From assembly GCA_049999805.1 (NCBI GenBank), contig JBNGIO010006239.1, forward strand, positions 135,412-155,411: 20,000 bases of DNA, read 5' to 3'. This DNA comes from Folioceros fuciformis. Taxonomy: Eukaryota. The notes below the pieces were generated by a model, which was not told the origin of the DNA, searched no databases, and worked only from the letters and a program-made list of their open reading frames with translations. The position numbers were made by a program, and so were the translations under genes. This document shows positions 11,298 through 20,000 of this stretch, one piece after another (positions within the stretch are counted from its first letter, which is position 1; each line of letters begins with the position of its first letter).

Positions 11298-11474
11298 GAG
11301 AACGAACAAGGAGCAAGAGAAAGGAAGGCAAAGCAGACAGCTTGCGAGCATATGAGCTGTCTGGTCCGGTCTGGTCTGGTCCGCGAGCCGGATTTGCGAG
11401 CTCACGCGAGCGTTTCGCGGCCTACAGCTATCATTCACCACTCCACATATGTATTATATGCGCCCCGGCTCCCA

Positions 11475-11482
11475 TATTTATA
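11475..11482 (-). promoter_or_regulatory. Putative TATA box of the PAO gene (TATAAATA)
   Basis: Minus strand reads ggcTATAAATAtggg, at the upstream edge of the GC-rich, pyrimidine-rich (sense strand) leader. Confidence 0.55.
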
Positions 11483-12085
11483 GCCTCTCCTCGTCTTGTA
11501 ATTTTCTATTCCAATTTTCCTACTTATTTTGTTTTAGGCAGTCGGCGTCGGCCCTTATGCCTAATCGGGAATCCCTTCCCCTACGGTCAGGATTTCTCTC
11601 CTAAAGAGACCTCCGGTCGCCCCGCCCTCTCTTTCCCTGCTTTAGAAAAACTTTTAATAACGGTTTTTTAATAGTAATTAAATACTTTCTATGAAGGAGA
11701 TCTCTTTCCAAATCCGATCGCTCATCCTACAAGCTTAAAAAATAAATATTTAATAATAATTAAAATATTCATATATACTTTTAACTATATTTATTATCAA
11801 ACTAAACAAAACTCCCTTTTTCTTTTCTATCTCCTTTCCCTCTCCCTCCCTCTCCTCATCCACGGCCGTCCCTTGTGTGAAGGATCCTTCCCTTGGCACG
11901 GGTATAATGGAGTTGTTACGAAGGGGCGGGCACCAGCATCCCTTGGAAAGCTAAGGGTAAGGATGAGCAGTAGCCCGAACACTAGCTACGGCAGCCAGTA
12001 GCTAACAAGTGTCTAATTAGCAAGTTCAAGCCAAGTTGGCGGCGGCGGGAGCACACGCCATGATTGCGATGAGATGTGGGCGTTT

Positions 12086-12211
12086 CACGTGCCGGGCCCG
12101 GGCTTCGGGCTCCGGGGACCGGGTACCGGGCGCCGGGTACCGGGCTGCCGTCACCGGGGACCTGGTCGGGCATTGAGGAGCACTCACATGCCCATCACCT
12201 GCCTTTATAAA
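12086..12211 (+). promoter_or_regulatory. Putative regulatory module: G-box CACGTG (12086-12091), CCGGG-repeat / G-tract cluster, TATAAA (12206-12211)
   Basis: The motifs are read directly, including a direct repeat ccgggtaccgggc at 12119 and 12133. Function is inferred only. Confidence 0.35.
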
Positions 12212-12784
12212 TGTTTGCTGCCCTCCAGTTTTGTGAGCTCGGTGTAAGCTGCGCCTTGGCGTGTGAGGCGAGCCTCACCGCATCACACCTCGAATAGCGC
12301 ACCTCCCTGTACACTCTCTACCGCCACACTTCCGCTCGCCTGTCGCCATCACCGGCCTAGTTTCATATGCCTTTCTTTATGTGCTTATTCATACTTTGGC
12401 TATGGCCATAGGCTAGCTGTGCGTGCTTCATGGAGAAGTGCTATGGTGGGATGAAAGGGAAAGGAATCCTTGGATTATGTTATGGCCTTCCGCATGGAAT
12501 CTTGATACAGTCACTCTTGCGGTGGCCCTCTGGTTGAGATGCTGCGAGGGAAAGTAGTTGTTGTTGCGTATGGCAGCAACTTGTGGCCATCACACAAATC
12601 ACCACATTGGTGGCTCAGTTGCCTCTTCTGAGCCATCTTGATCCAACTATTTTTGAGCTGGCTGCAACCTCTATCGTATAGGAATCTTTCTAGCACAAGT
12701 GACACTTGTGTCACATGTTTTTCTTTCTACTCTGACACAAGACTAAGGTTTACCATGTTACTAAGGTGTGAGAGGTGGAAGTGA

Positions 12785-12900
12785 ACATAGGGCCTTTCCC
12801 ACTCATGCAAATGAATGCAAGGGCTTTCTTGTCCATGTGAGTGAGCTTAAGGGCTTTCTCGTGGATGCAAGTAAGCATAGGGGCTTTAGGGGCTTTCCCA
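12785..12900. repeat. Degenerate 30-bp tandem repeat (core AGGGCTTTC)
   Basis: The core recurs at ~12789, 12819, 12849 and 12879. Confidence 0.7.
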
Positions 12901-14030
12901 TGGCTGGAGGACAAAATTTAGGGAGGGAGAGAAATCTGCGCTGTCTTATTGTCATATCCCCTTAGGACAAGAACAAGCCATAAGCCCTTTGCACAAGAAT
13001 AACTTGTAAGGCCTCCATAGAAGACCAACGCCCACAAAAAGGTGTGCCCACACTACTAGAGTGTCCTACAAACACTAGAGAAGATAGACATCTAGGCATG
13101 GCCTCCTCCTTTGTACACAGCTGCAAGTACATTTCTAATAGCTCCATTATGCTCCTTGCCCTCCTTGCACAAAGTGATCAAGGCGAGGTGCATATGGTAC
13201 ATGTCGAGGAGGAAGTCCATACACTCCACAATGAAATGTGGCTGTGGACCCTCCAATCACATTTTGCAATCGTTCAAATGGTAGAGCAATGCTTATTGTC
13301 CTCCAACACCAACTATGGGATGTAATGCATTACCCCATCATATTAAGTGTAACCCCAAGCCATGGCATCATGCCCAAGTCCTCTTCAGCTCATGTTAGCT
13401 CTTGTTCCATAAAGGATCAAGCTCTTGGCCCGGCCTCACATTTAGGAGTTTCAAATTGCACCAGTAACTTTCACAATTGCAACAAGATTCCGCCTGGGTT
13501 TGGCCCACACTTTGGCTATTTTCCTCTCTACATGCATTGGAGGGGCTACTATCATGGACTCATGGTCCCATCCGGCATGTCGTGCCATCGAGGAACAGAG
13601 CATTGTCACCCATTATATAATTCAGGATGTTATGTTCTTTATGGCTAGAAAGTGTGGTTTCCTTCCCTACAGGTAGTGTTTGTATACTTTGCGCAACGTG
13701 ATTTCATTTCCAGCTAACCTTTTTTAATAAGGGGGAATAGGTTTGTGTGGTTGATGTGGTTGTTACGGATACTACTAGGCACTCGATTTGCAATTACATT
13801 ATCATAAACCCTTCTTGATGTACAAGAGTGGGTTGTGCGATTTCCAAATTCTGTACATATTCTCCCTTGCAAGATGGACATGTTTTCATCCCCTTGCTCG
13901 TGAAACCCCATGGGGCCCTGGGGCTATGGGCAATAACTTTTTGGTGTCTTCAAGGAGTGCACAAAGGTATATCATAGTCATAGAAATGAGGTTCTTTTTA
14001 TGTCTTCGGTCATGGCCTTCGTTTGACAAT

Positions 14031-14380
14031 GCATATCTATCACATTTCAAAGGGTGTTGGGCGATGTGATTTTCTTAACAGCATATCTATCACATTTCAA
14101 AGGGTGTTGGGCGATGTGATTTTCTTAACANNNNNNNNNNNNNNNNNNNNNNNNNNNNNNNNNNNNNNNNNNNNNNNNNNNNNNNNNNNNNNNNNNNNNN
14201 NNNNNNNNNNNNNNNNNNNNNNNNNNNNNNTATCTATCACATTTCAAAGGGTGTTGGGCGATGTGATTTTCTTAACAACATATCTATCACATTTCAAAGG
14301 GTGTTGGGCGATGTGATTTTCTTAACAGCATATCTATCGCATTTCAAAGGGTGTTGGGCGATATGATTTTCTTAACAGCG
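14031..14380 (+). repeat. 50-bp near-perfect tandem array (GCATATCTATCACATTTCAAAGGGTGTTGGGCGATGTGATTTTCTTAACA), at least 5 copies, spanning a 100-N gap
   Basis: Units at 14031-14080 and 14081-14130, then three more in 14231-14380. Confidence 0.95.
14131..14230. other. Assembly gap (100 N); other gaps at 3659-3668, 6978-6987 and 15194-15293
   Basis: N runs in the sequence. Confidence 0.99.
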
Positions 14381-16143
14381 ACAAGTATTAAGTTGCTTCT
14401 TTGGCAATGGTTGTAGGTAGGCCTTTTGTTATTTCGCATTACGATATTTTGGGAGCTATAGGAAATTTTGGGAAAGATATTCAAGGAGGCTAGTCCCCCC
14501 TTCTGCTTTTGACCCTCTTTGCGATATTCCTCCTCGTCTTTTGAATAGATGAAAATTTTCATCTCTTTTTTCAATATATATATTATTACTTTGCTTTGTA
14601 ACTAATTGTCACACAATTTATTCTCTACAAGTTGTCTTGTATGTGTTGCTAGCAATACTTTAAAATCCATGATGAAGTTGAAGAATAGTATTACTTAATT
14701 TATCTACAAATGACCAAAACCACTAGTTTTGATCTAGTGTGTTTCTTTTAAAAATTGGATAGAACTTTGTATAACACAATTTACACAAGCTATTACTTAA
14801 AAAAATACTAATTGATGTACTTAGTTCAAGTTAACTCATACTTGATTAAAAAAAAGAAAAAGAATTTCATTAGAGTGCTAAGAGGACATATTTGGAAAAC
14901 GAAGGAGAAAACAACGTAGGAGGAGAAAGGGTTTTCTCTAGTCAAAAGGGGTTTCAACAATAATCTTAATAATTTTCTATCGTTTTGGATTTTTTTCTAT
15001 TATTTTACATCGTTTTATAGGTCCTTAATTACTTCTTTCTTCATGTTTTGCACAACAACCAGATTACCTTGCTAGAATTGTTGCACCTTCTCCAGTTTTC
15101 TTATCAAGTGTCAAGAAGTTTGATAATCAAGTTATGCAGGCTCTTAGAGACATCATAGGTCTCGGCACCTTTGAGTGCGCCGTTGGTGATTTGNNNNNNN
15201 NNNNNNNNNNNNNNNNNNNNNNNNNNNNNNNNNNNNNNNNNNNNNNNNNNNNNNNNNNNNNNNNNNNNNNNNNNNNNNNNNNNNNNNNNNNNNGAAGAGC
15301 GCTTTCCCTTTACATGTATTTCTTAGGCAAGCAAGGGACTCTTTACCTTTGAAGGCTCGTGAGGCTCTATCTTCTTTCACCTCCTTTTCTAGGGAAGGAT
15401 TAAAGGGTCCTCAGGCTTCCCTCCTGGAAAAGCAATATGGCCAAGCATTAAGAGCCTTTCTTTCAAACTCATCCATCCCCAGATTTTATCAGGCTTGTAT
15501 TCACTCTTATTCAGGTAAAGGAGCGGGCTTTTGGCTCAACCTTGCATCTTGGTGTTTCAAATCACAATAGCAACTTTCGCCGCCGCGATGAGATTTCGCT
15601 TCGATTTGGCCTTCCCCTCAACTTTTTGGCTCTCTGCATGTAGTTGTGGGGTTACCTTTGTTAACACAAGGTCCCATGTGTTACATTGTTCTGTCAAAGG
15701 GGCATCGCATTGCCAGGCATGATGCAGTTCGGGAAGTCATGTTCTCAATGGCTAAGGAATGTGGGTTTCTTTGGTATAGGGAGCATCCATATACTTTGCG
15801 TAATTGAGTTTTACTTTGAGCTGACCTTTTTTCACCAGGGAGGAACATGTATGTGTCGTTGATGTGGTTGTTACGAATCCCACTAGGGATTCGATTTGCG
15901 AGCAAGTTGTCATCAATCCCCTTGAATGGGCAGCAGAGGGTTGTGCAAGCGTTAAAGTCCATAAATATTCTCCCCTACAAGACCGGCATATTTTCATCCC
16001 CCTTACTATTGAGACTCATAGGGCCATTGGCAAGGACTTTTTAAGGTTCACTAAGGAGAGTGCAAAGGTTTACCAAAGTTATAGGAATTGTGTTCTTCCT
16101 CTTTCCTTTGTGGCGGTCTTCTTTCAACAACACGTATTCATAA

Positions 16144-16159
16144 CTTTGCAAAGAGCATT
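16144..16159. repeat. Left target-site duplication CTTTGCAAAGAGCATT (right copy at 17569-17584)
   Basis: An identical 16-mer flanks both ends of the LINE. Confidence 0.92.
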
Positions 16160-17568
16160 TTTTCACGAAAAAAAATTCTGATTAAGTTGGCAGATGCCTC
16201 CCACTACAATACAAAGGGAAAATCCTACTAATGTATGTACAAAAATCAAGCACCAGAAGAGAGGGGGAGAACTGGCCTTGAGTCCAAAACTCAAGACAAG
16301 ACTCTCAGAGAGTGCTCCCCTAAACTATGGTACCCTCGAACTGCCGAAGCCACTTATACTCACACCTCAAGGTCACCCACGGACTTTAAGGCTCACCGCC
16401 CCCAGGGGCACGAATGATTCCAACACGTATCTTTGCCAGGTGCTAGGAATGCCATCCTCCAGTCTTTCCGCTTAAATTGCTTCCGACGAAATTGCTCCAA
16501 AGCTTCTGCTGCAATGAACGAATGCTCCCATATGCGCCACAACAAAACTTTTGATGAACCTGAATCCTGTCCTCCATAGATCACCGTGGACCAGTTGACC
16601 GAGAGATGGAAAAGGCAAGAAGACCACAATAAGCCCCACCATTGTGTTTTAAGGAGAGGTTTGCCCGAAGATGCGTCCAGCCCAAATAAGGCTGATTGTG
16701 TCGTGATCTTGAGGTTAGCACCAAGAAAAATCAAACAGAGCCACTTGCCAACCTCCATCCAAATCTCTTGGGCAAAGCTGCAATGATAGAACATGTGTTG
16801 GCTCTTGTTCGGGGCCCTAGCGGTGCACAGTCGACACACATCCTTGCTCGTTGTAGCTAAAAGCCCATCCCATCGATCCGCATTAGGCAAACACGCTTGA
16901 GAAAAACACCAAACCATAGACCTGACCTTGGGGGGGATTCCTGTGGACTTCCATAGAAGTTTGAAGGCTTCCCTTTGTCGCCTTCCAGCTAATTGCAATC
17001 GGGGAGCCATCGGTTGTCTTTGTTTGATTTTCTGCGCTCGCACTAACCAAAGGAACAAGTCCGCCGTTGGGAATTTGAAGAAAGATCGAGGGGTAGCTTG
17101 CACCCTAGATGCCTGGGCCACTTGTAGAGATATGGTCTGAAGGTCAGGGCCTAATTCTCGCCTAGTCGGAACTAGCACTGAATCTTTGCTTTGTCGGAGG
17201 TTTATGGCCCAATTGGGCATTCACTTGGGCTGCACCATCGCCCTGCCCGAATGGACTTAACGAGGACAGTGGTAGCCCGCAATTCCCCTCCTCGGGCTTC
17301 CCCATCATCCCTGCCCTGGTCTTCCAAAAGCCCATCCGGCGACATGACCTTGAACGACTTCAGCGTCTCATTGCCATCCGATCTCGCAAGCCAGACCGCC
17401 CTATCCAGTTCTATGTGAGATCCTGGCCCTTGTAGCTCCTTTGTAACTAGCACAGGTCCTCCCTAAAAAAACGTTCTTGCTGGCGTTGTTCTCATGCTCG
17501 TTGAACCCCTAGTCTCCTCAAATACCTAGTCGCCTCATTGTTAGCACACATCAATTTGACCGCCGCAT
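16160..17568 (-). mobile_element. 5'-truncated L1-type LINE (ORF2 C-terminus with zf-RVT domain, 3' UTR, short poly(A))
   Basis: ORF 16393-17220 contains LWKSTGIPPKVRSMVW...CLPNADR...CRLC...HMFYHCSFAQEIW (zf-RVT signature of plant L1 ORF2). The upstream frame 17202-17453 is frameshifted. A T-run at 16158-16163 abuts the TSD. Confidence 0.9.
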
Positions 17569-17584
17569 CTTTGCAAAGAGCATT
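17569..17584. repeat. Right target-site duplication CTTTGCAAAGAGCATT
   Basis: Identical to 16144-16159. Confidence 0.92.
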
Positions 17585-18828
17585 GGCCAATGCAGTTTTT
17601 AGATTAGTAACAAGCGCAGGTCAAGCGGCTTCTTTACCACCGCTGGTAAGTAGGCCTTTTGTTATTCCACATCATAACATTTTATGAGCCGTAGGTAGTT
17701 TTTTAGAATGATGTTCGAAGGGGCTAGTACCCCTTTTAGCCTTAGGCTTGCTCAGGTTGCTCCTTCAATCTTTAGAGTAGATGGGACTTTCCATCTCTTT
17801 TTTAAGAATAGAAAATAATCGTTCCTTTGATGTCCATGTTGCTATTTGCAAGCACTTTACGTGATGTGAATGTTGAGAATTAGCAAGGATGAATACATTT
17901 GGAGCTTCCAATTTCTGATAATTTTAGTATGATACATGTTTAGAAAAAAATTATGTTTTATAAAATTTAGGGTAGTCTTTGTTGCACAACCACAAGTATG
18001 CATAATTTTGCAAAGTGGCACTAAATAGTGCCCATGAATTTGTAATAATATGGTCTTAAATTCTATCATTGTATGTCATTCACATAAATATTTCCTTTTT
18101 ATTTTCCAAAAAAAAATGTTCTTTACATGTGCAAGACTGACATGAAGAACATTTTTGCCCTTAAATGCCTCCACAATCAACTAATTGTTATATCAATTAT
18201 TTGATTCTTACAATTCAATCATTTTTTTTCTCTTTCGACATTTGAGAGGCTTTGTATTAATCTGCTCGTGAGTCCACGTGCACACCGGGAGCCCATTGTT
18301 GCCTACAAATATGCACTAGTGACGCACAAGTGCATACAATTGGCCACCCATAGTTCATGGGTACATATGATTGTGTGTAAAGACCTTGGCATGGGTACTC
18401 TTACGTGCCATGAGCAAGCTGGTGTGCCTAGGTGTGTGCCAAGAGCTGGCTGGCGCAGGATAGAACAAGATAGGATAGTCCATTGAAACCTCATTTGCAA
18501 ACTTGGCTGGCAAATTGTGTTTGGTATGATTCTAAGTAGAAGCTAGTCCCTTAATTGAAATGCCCTCTACCAGGTTATTGTATCTTTTCTTACATAATAC
18601 AGCCTCCTCTTTACTTTTACAAACTCACTTTAACTTAACTTAGTTTATATTCGTTTAACTTAATATAATATAATTTAATATAATACAAAATTTTGTGGTG
18701 ACCTAACAACTGCATAGGTTATCATAATTTTGCCTACCACTATAACCCCAAGCTAAATTTTTTCTAGCTTATCTTACTATGTTGCTAATTCTCTCTTGCC
18801 TTTCCTTGGCTTTTGGCTTGTCTAACCA

Positions 18829-19791
18829 TTAGAACCTTTGCTCAAGAGGAGGAAGGTTTTTAAAGAGGTGTGAAGCCAAATAATCACGGGATCGTGCTTT
18901 CTTAAAGAATGGGTGTTGTAGCAAAGAACTTGCTGTGCACCTTTCCTTGGGCTCCTTTACTAGACATCGTTTTATCATGTCTTGGAACTCCAAAGAGAAG
19001 TTGGATTCCTCTAGATGAGGAGGAGAGTTAATGATGGTTCCTTGTAAAATATCCATTGGTCCTAAGTTTGCACCAGGAACCTTCCCTTGTGCTAATTCTA
19101 TGGCTGTGATGCCAAACGACCATAAATCAGCTTTGAAGTTGTAGGGAGGTATAGTAGGTTGTAGGATGACTTCAGGAGCCATCCAACAAACAGAGCCAGT
19201 AAACTCTGAAAAGGCTACCGCATTAGGTGTTGCGATTGCTGATGATCCGAAGTCTGCAAGCTTCACATCGCCTCTACCACTTAACAAGATGTTACCTGAT
19301 TTCACATCTCGATGTATAATGCCTTGTGAGTGAAGGTATTCTAGTGCTTGCAACACATCTTTTAATATAGTTGCGATGATTGGTTCAGAAAATCCCTTGT
19401 AGCCTCGTGCTTTTAAGATGAGGCTACAAGATCCAGCTGCCATAAAAGGCAAAACAAACCAAATTGTTCTATCAACTTCAAAGGTAGCATAACAACCTAA
19501 GACATTTGGGTGATGCAGGAGCTGCATTATTTTTGTTTCATTGTAAACTTTTTCTTGGTTGACCTTGTCTTCATCCAAATATACTACTTTTACCGCTACG
19601 GTTTCATATGTCTTTAAATATGTTGCCTTATACACCAAAGCGGTTGCACCATCTCCTATCTTATGCTTCAAATGGTAATAACAAGTTCCTTCACTAAACT
19701 TCTTCATAAAATCTTCAATTGTTTTTGGTGCAAAACAACCACCTAACAATTGTTTCAAGCTAACCCTACCATGGGGTACAATACTCTTCAT
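18829..19791 (-). CDS. STE20-family (GCK-VI; OSR1/SPAK/BLUS1-like) serine/threonine kinase, uninterrupted kinase ORF, ~320 aa from the first ATG
   Basis: Kinase motifs are intact: IGDGATALVY, VAVK, alphaC Glu (NETKIM), HHPNVL, LPFMAAGSC, HRDVKSGNIL, KLADFG, CWMAPEV, YNFKADLWSFGITAIELAQG, LLQHPFFKKAR, LPPLEQRF. The first in-frame ATG is 19791. A polypyrimidine-AG acceptor at 19831-19830 means an upstream exon is possible. Confidence 0.92.
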   Translation of the reverse strand: MKSIVPHGRVSLKQLLGGCFAPKTIEDFMKKFSEGTCYYHLKHKIGDGATALVYKATYLKTYETVAVKVVYLDEDKVNQEKVYNETKIMQLLHHPNVLGCYATFEVDRTIWFVLPFMAAGSCSLILKARGYKGFSEPIIATILKDVLQALEYLHSQGIIHRDVKSGNILLSGRGDVKLADFGSSAIATPNAVAFSEFTGSVCWMAPEVILQPTIPPYNFKADLWSFGITAIELAQGKVPGANLGPMDILQGTIINSPPHLEESNFSLEFQDMIKRCLVKEPKERCTASSLLQHPFFKKARSRDYLASHLFKNLPPLEQRF

Positions 19792-20000
19792 TATGTGCTT
19801 CCACTCTGCCACTTTGTGATCTCGCAACTCTAACGAAGAAGAGAAGAAAGCATATCAATATATTCCATTAATAAACAATCTTGGATAGGAGTTAGAAAAT
19901 AACCTAAGGAATGGTTGAGGAAGTAAACAAGTAGCAATATTAAACCAATACATCTTGAACTACATTTATAATAATCCAGCTCACATATATAGTATAACTT

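Larger units (their letters stand above)
13372..14575 (+). mobile_element. Decayed 5'-truncated CRE-like retrotransposon, copy B (Zn-knuckle/RLE region and 3' end)
   Basis: Collinear with 15477-16159 plus 17585-17805. Shared anchors include gtttcaaat, ggtcccat, atactttgcg, gttgatgtggttgttacg, attctcccc/t, ggagtgca, gtaggccttttgttatt, ggctagt and catctcttttt. Many frameshifts. Confidence 0.85.
15022..17805 (+). mobile_element. Decayed 5'-truncated CRE-like retrotransposon, copy C (RT thumb, CCHC knuckle, restriction-like endonuclease, 3' end), interrupted by an L1 insertion
   Basis: Translated pieces: SCFAQQPDYLARIVAPSP..FDNQVMQALRDIIG; SYSGKGAGFWL; FAAAMRFRFDL; CSCG...SHVLHC (Zn knuckle); HDAVREVM; ADLF...VVDVVVTNP...KVHKY...FIPLTIETHRAIG (PD-D/ExK RLE pattern). 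Removing the insert and one TSD copy rejoins ITLQRA|LANAVFRLV. A 100-N gap lies at 15194-15293. Confidence 0.88.

Noticed and set aside
10640..11671. Plus-strand ORFs 10640-11212 and 11240-11671
   Set aside because: They are antisense to the GC-rich PAO leader and promoter, have non-ATG starts and microsatellite-derived poly-Ala/Val-Ala runs, and show no recognisable domain.
12071..12082. GCCCACATCT (minus strand) as a snRNA/telomerase-RNA USE promoter element
   Set aside because: There is no TATA at the expected spacing on that strand and no recognisable snRNA, SRP, MRP or telomere-template sequence downstream.
12400..13370. Short ORFs between the promoter region and CRE copy B as genes or LTR-retrotransposon domains
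   Set aside because: No recognisable motifs on either strand. Probably old decayed repeat, left unannotated.
14031..14380. Regular repeat arrays (also 3575-3775, 3860-4740, 6790-7260) as CRISPR arrays
   Set aside because: The units are head-to-tail with no unique spacers, there are no cas genes, and the context is eukaryotic. They are minisatellites.

Overview
This is eukaryotic, land-plant nuclear DNA, probably from a non-seed plant (inference from the gene and TE content), with four N gaps. It holds two host genes, both on the minus strand. The first is a complete 10-exon peroxisomal-type polyamine oxidase (PAO2/3/4 clade, 7961-10612, 486 aa, C-terminal PTS1 SRM) with a long GC-rich leader containing candidate uORFs. 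The second is a STE20/GCK-VI (OSR1/SPAK/BLUS1-like) kinase with an uninterrupted kinase ORF (18829-19791). Most of the rest is repetitive. There are three decayed copies of one CRE-like (restriction-like endonuclease) non-LTR retrotransposon family (1-2130 minus; 13372-14575 plus; 15022-17805 plus). A 5'-truncated L1-type LINE is nested in the third copy with a perfect 16-bp TSD. Several minisatellites (26, 29, 30, 50, 54, 75, ~115 bp units) and an unexplained CpG-rich island at 4745-6400 complete the window. The best leads are: (i) an in-frame '[10 protein letters not shown]' peptide inside PAO intron 1 plus a 33-aa uORF ending in a similar A-x-x-F-R-L motif, a possible polyamine-feedback translational or splicing switch; (ii) a kinase with a natural Thr-to-Glu phosphomimic in the activation loop and no C-terminal tail; (iii) the same site of the CRE element disrupted independently in two copies.
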